DNA of 64,000 bases from Hemiscyllium ocellatum (taxonomy: Eukaryota), in NCBI RefSeq assembly GCF_020745735.1, contig NC_083435.1, positions 37,039,090 through 37,103,089 on the forward strand, in the 5' to 3' direction. The position numbers were made by a program, and so were the translations under genes. Below are positions 60,810-64,000 of this stretch, one piece after another. Under the pieces are notes generated by a model. It had not been told where the DNA came from. It saw only the letters and a program-made list of their open reading frames with translations, and searched no databases. The stretch's first letter is position 1, and the number at the start of each line of letters is the position of its first letter.

Positions 60810-63800
60810 CCTAAGGGAAGGTGATGGAAGTGGTAATATTGCTAATCCAGAAACTCAGCTAGTCTGAGAACCCTGTTTCAAATTCTGCAATGGCAGTTGA
60901 TAAAACTTGAATTTAAAAAAACTGGAATTAACTGGAATCGACTGATGACCATGAAACCATTTTTGGTTGTTTGGAACAATCCATCTGGTTCATTAATGCC
61001 CTTCAAGAAAGGAACTCTGCCATCCTCACCTGGTCTAAAGTACACACACCTCCAGACTCCCTCTGAAATGTCCTAGCAAGCCATTTAGTCATTTCAATCA
61101 CGACAAATTCTCAACAAAGAAATGAAACTGGACAGACCACAAGGCATTGTCCTCAGCACTATAAATGGCAATGGCAAACACAGCAATGATGACCCTACAA
61201 ATTCCTCCTCACTAACATCTGGGAGCTACTGCCAAAATTGAGAGAGCTGTCTCAGAGACTAGTCAAACAACAGCCAGACAGAGTCATTCTTATGGAATCA
61301 TACTTTAGAGACAATGTCCCAGACACTATCATTACCATCACTGGATATGTCGTGTCTCACTGACTGGAGAGATTCAACAGAGGTTTACAGTTGTAGAGTC
61401 ATAGAGATGTACAGCACAGAAACAGACCATTCAGTCAACTCGTTCATGCTGACAAGATATCCTAAATTACATCAGTCCCATTTGCCAGCATTTAGCCATT
61501 ATCCCTCTAAACCCTCCCTATTCCTATACCCAACCAGATGCCTTTAAATGTTGCCATTGTACAAACCTCCACCACTTCCTCTGGCAGCTCATTCCATACA
61601 CGTACCACCCTCTGAGTGAAAAAGATACCTGTTAGGGGCCTTTTAAAATCTTTCTCCTCTCACCCTAAACTAATGTCCTCTAGCTCTTCACTCAATCACC
61701 CCAGGGAAAAGACCTTGCCTATCTACCCTATCAAGCCCCTCATGATTTTATAAACCTCCATAATGTCACGTCTCAGCCTCCAACACTCCAGGGATACAGC
61801 CCCAGCCTATTCAACCTCTCGCTATAGCCCAAATCCTCCAAACCTGGTAACATGCTTCTAAATTGTTTCTGAACCCTTTCAAATTTCATAACATCCTTCC
61901 TATTGGAGGGGCTAGGATTGCCCACAATATTCCAAGATTGGCCTAACCAATGTCCTATATAGCAGCAACGTGACCTCCCAACCCATATGCTCAATGTTCT
62001 GACCAATAAAGGAAAGCGTACGTGACAGGGAGTTGCATGGGAGTCCTCAATATTGACTCTGGATCCTATGAAGTTTCATGGTTTAAAGTTAAATACAGGA
62101 AAGGAAACCTCCTGCTGATTAACACCATCCCTACCTCCCTCATCTGATGAATCCATACTCCTTCACATTGAACAATGTAGAATAAACACTGAGATGTACA
62201 TAATTTCTTCTGGGTGGGGGATTTCAATGACCATCACCAAGTGTAGCTGATTGAGCTGGTTAAGGTCCCAAAGGAGATAGCTAATAGGCAGGTGATAAGG
62301 AAACAAACAAGAGGGAAAAACATACTTGACCTTAATCTGCCAGCCGTACATGCACCTGTCCTTGAATGTATTGGTAAGGGTGACCACTGCAGAGTCCTTG
62401 TGGAGACGTCATGTTGAGAATAACCTCCATCATGTTGTGTGGCAATATCCCCACGCTAAATGGGACAGAGTTCAAACTGGGCATCCAGGGGACACTGAGC
62501 CATCAACAGCAGCAGAATCGTATTCCACACCTGCTCAGAATTTGCAGCCTCTTTGGTCTGTCACACCACCATCAAGCTAGGGCATCAACCCTAGTTCAAT
62601 GGAGAGTGCAGTAGGGTATGCCAGGAGCAGCACCAGACATTTCTAAAAATAAAGGTGTCAACCTGGTGAAGCTACCAAACAGGTCTCCTTGCATGTCAAA
62701 TAGCATGAGCAGCAAGTGATCAGCAGAGCTAAGTGATCCACAATGAACAGTCACAATGCATTCATGCCACATCCAGTTGTGAATGATGGTGGACAATTAT
62801 ACAACTCACCGGAGGAGGACGCTGCACAAATATCCCTATCCTCAATGATGGAAGAGCCCAGCACATCAGTGCGAAAGGTAAGGCTGAAGCTCTCACAGCA
62901 ATCTTCAGCAATAAATACCAAGTGGATGTTCCATCTCGCCACCTCCAGTCGTCCCCAGCATTGCAGACTTTAACCAATTTGATTTACTTCATGTGATAAT
63001 AAGAAATGATCGGAGGCACTGGATACTGCAAAGGCTATGACAACATGCCAGCAATAGTAATGAAGTCGTGTGCTCCCCTAGCCAAGTTGTTCCAGTACAT
63101 CAACAATACAGGCACCTATCGACAATATGAAAAACTGCCAAGGTATGTCCGACACCCAAAAATCAGAGTGAACACAAATCCAACCTGGCCAATAACCGTT
63201 CCATCAGCCTACTCTCAATCATCAGTAAAGTGAAGGAAGGGGTCATCAACAGTGCTATCAAGCAGCACCTACTCAGCAATAACCTGCTCAGTGACACCCA
63301 GTTTGGGTTCCGTCAGGGTCACTCAGCTCCTGACATCTTTCAGCCTTGGATCAAACATGAACTAAAGAGCTGAATTCCAGAGGAGAGGTGAGAGTGACAA
63401 ACCTGTCACTAAACTGAGTGTGGGATCAAGGAGCCCTAGCAAAACTGGAATCAATGTGTATCAGGCGGCATTGAGTGGGTTGGATCAGACCTGGCACACA
63501 GGAATATTGCTATGGTTGTTGATGGTCAGTCATCTCAGATCCAGGACATCTCTGCAGGAGTTCCTCAGGGTCGTGTCCCAGGGGCAACCATCTTCAGCTG
63601 CTTCATCAACGGCCTGCCCCCCATCATAAGGTCATAAGTGGGGATGTTCACAGCTAATTACGCTTTTGTTCATCAGTCAGTGTTCAAGTGCCACAAGATC
63701 TAGACAATATCCAGGCTTGAGCTGACAAGTGGCAAGTAACATTCACACCACACATATGCCAGGCAATGACCATCTCCAATAAGATACAAATCTAAACACG

Positions 63801-64000
63801 ATTCTTTGAGATTCAATAATGTTAGCATCACCTGAATATTCCACATCAACATCCTGGGACTTTTCATTGACCAGAACCACATAAACACAGTGGCTACAAG
63901 TTCAGGTCAAAGGCAAGGTATACTTCAGTGACTCCCCTAAGCCGGTCCATCATCTATAGGGCACAAGCCAGGAATATGATGGAATACTCCCCACTTGTTT
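60810..64000 (+). mobile_element. CR1/L2-like LINE (5' head, endonuclease, RT), interrupted by a minus-strand CR1 3' fragment at about 61375-62015
   Basis: LTNIWELLPKLRELSQRLVKQQPDRVILMES endonuclease start, DNMPAIVMKSC..PLAKLFQY and GVPQG-like segments. Confidence 0.7.

Overview
Repeat-dense vertebrate genomic DNA, almost certainly from a shark or other elasmobranch (inferred from HE1-type SINEs and shark-type CR1, Penelope and Tx1 elements). It holds a head-to-tail, minus-strand tandem array of MHC class I-like genes, labelled here from right to left. Gene A has alpha1 at 60.2 kb through its tail exons at about 43 kb, its leader lies beyond the window, and it carries an in-frame TGA in alpha2. 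Unit psi is a wrecked paralogue: an orphan promoter at about 38 kb with the leader exon deleted, plus half an alpha1 exon at 35.9 kb. Gene B is a complete, open 7-coding-exon gene from 32004 to about 14954, roughly 342 aa. Gene C has only its promoter and leader exon (5.4-5.7 kb) recognisable in the window. Both alpha2 exons lack the two canonical class I cysteines (C101 and C164, HLA numbering). The residues that anchor the peptide N-terminus are remodelled, while the C-terminal anchors T143/K146/W147 are kept, so these are non-classical class I genes. The lineage (for example shark UEA) cannot be assigned without a tree. Most of the remaining sequence is nested retroelements (CR1, Tx1, L1, Penelope-like, Gypsy, SINEs) and minisatellites. 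Two assembly gaps are present. Exon coordinates were read by hand from GT/AG sites and reading phase; repeat boundaries are approximate.
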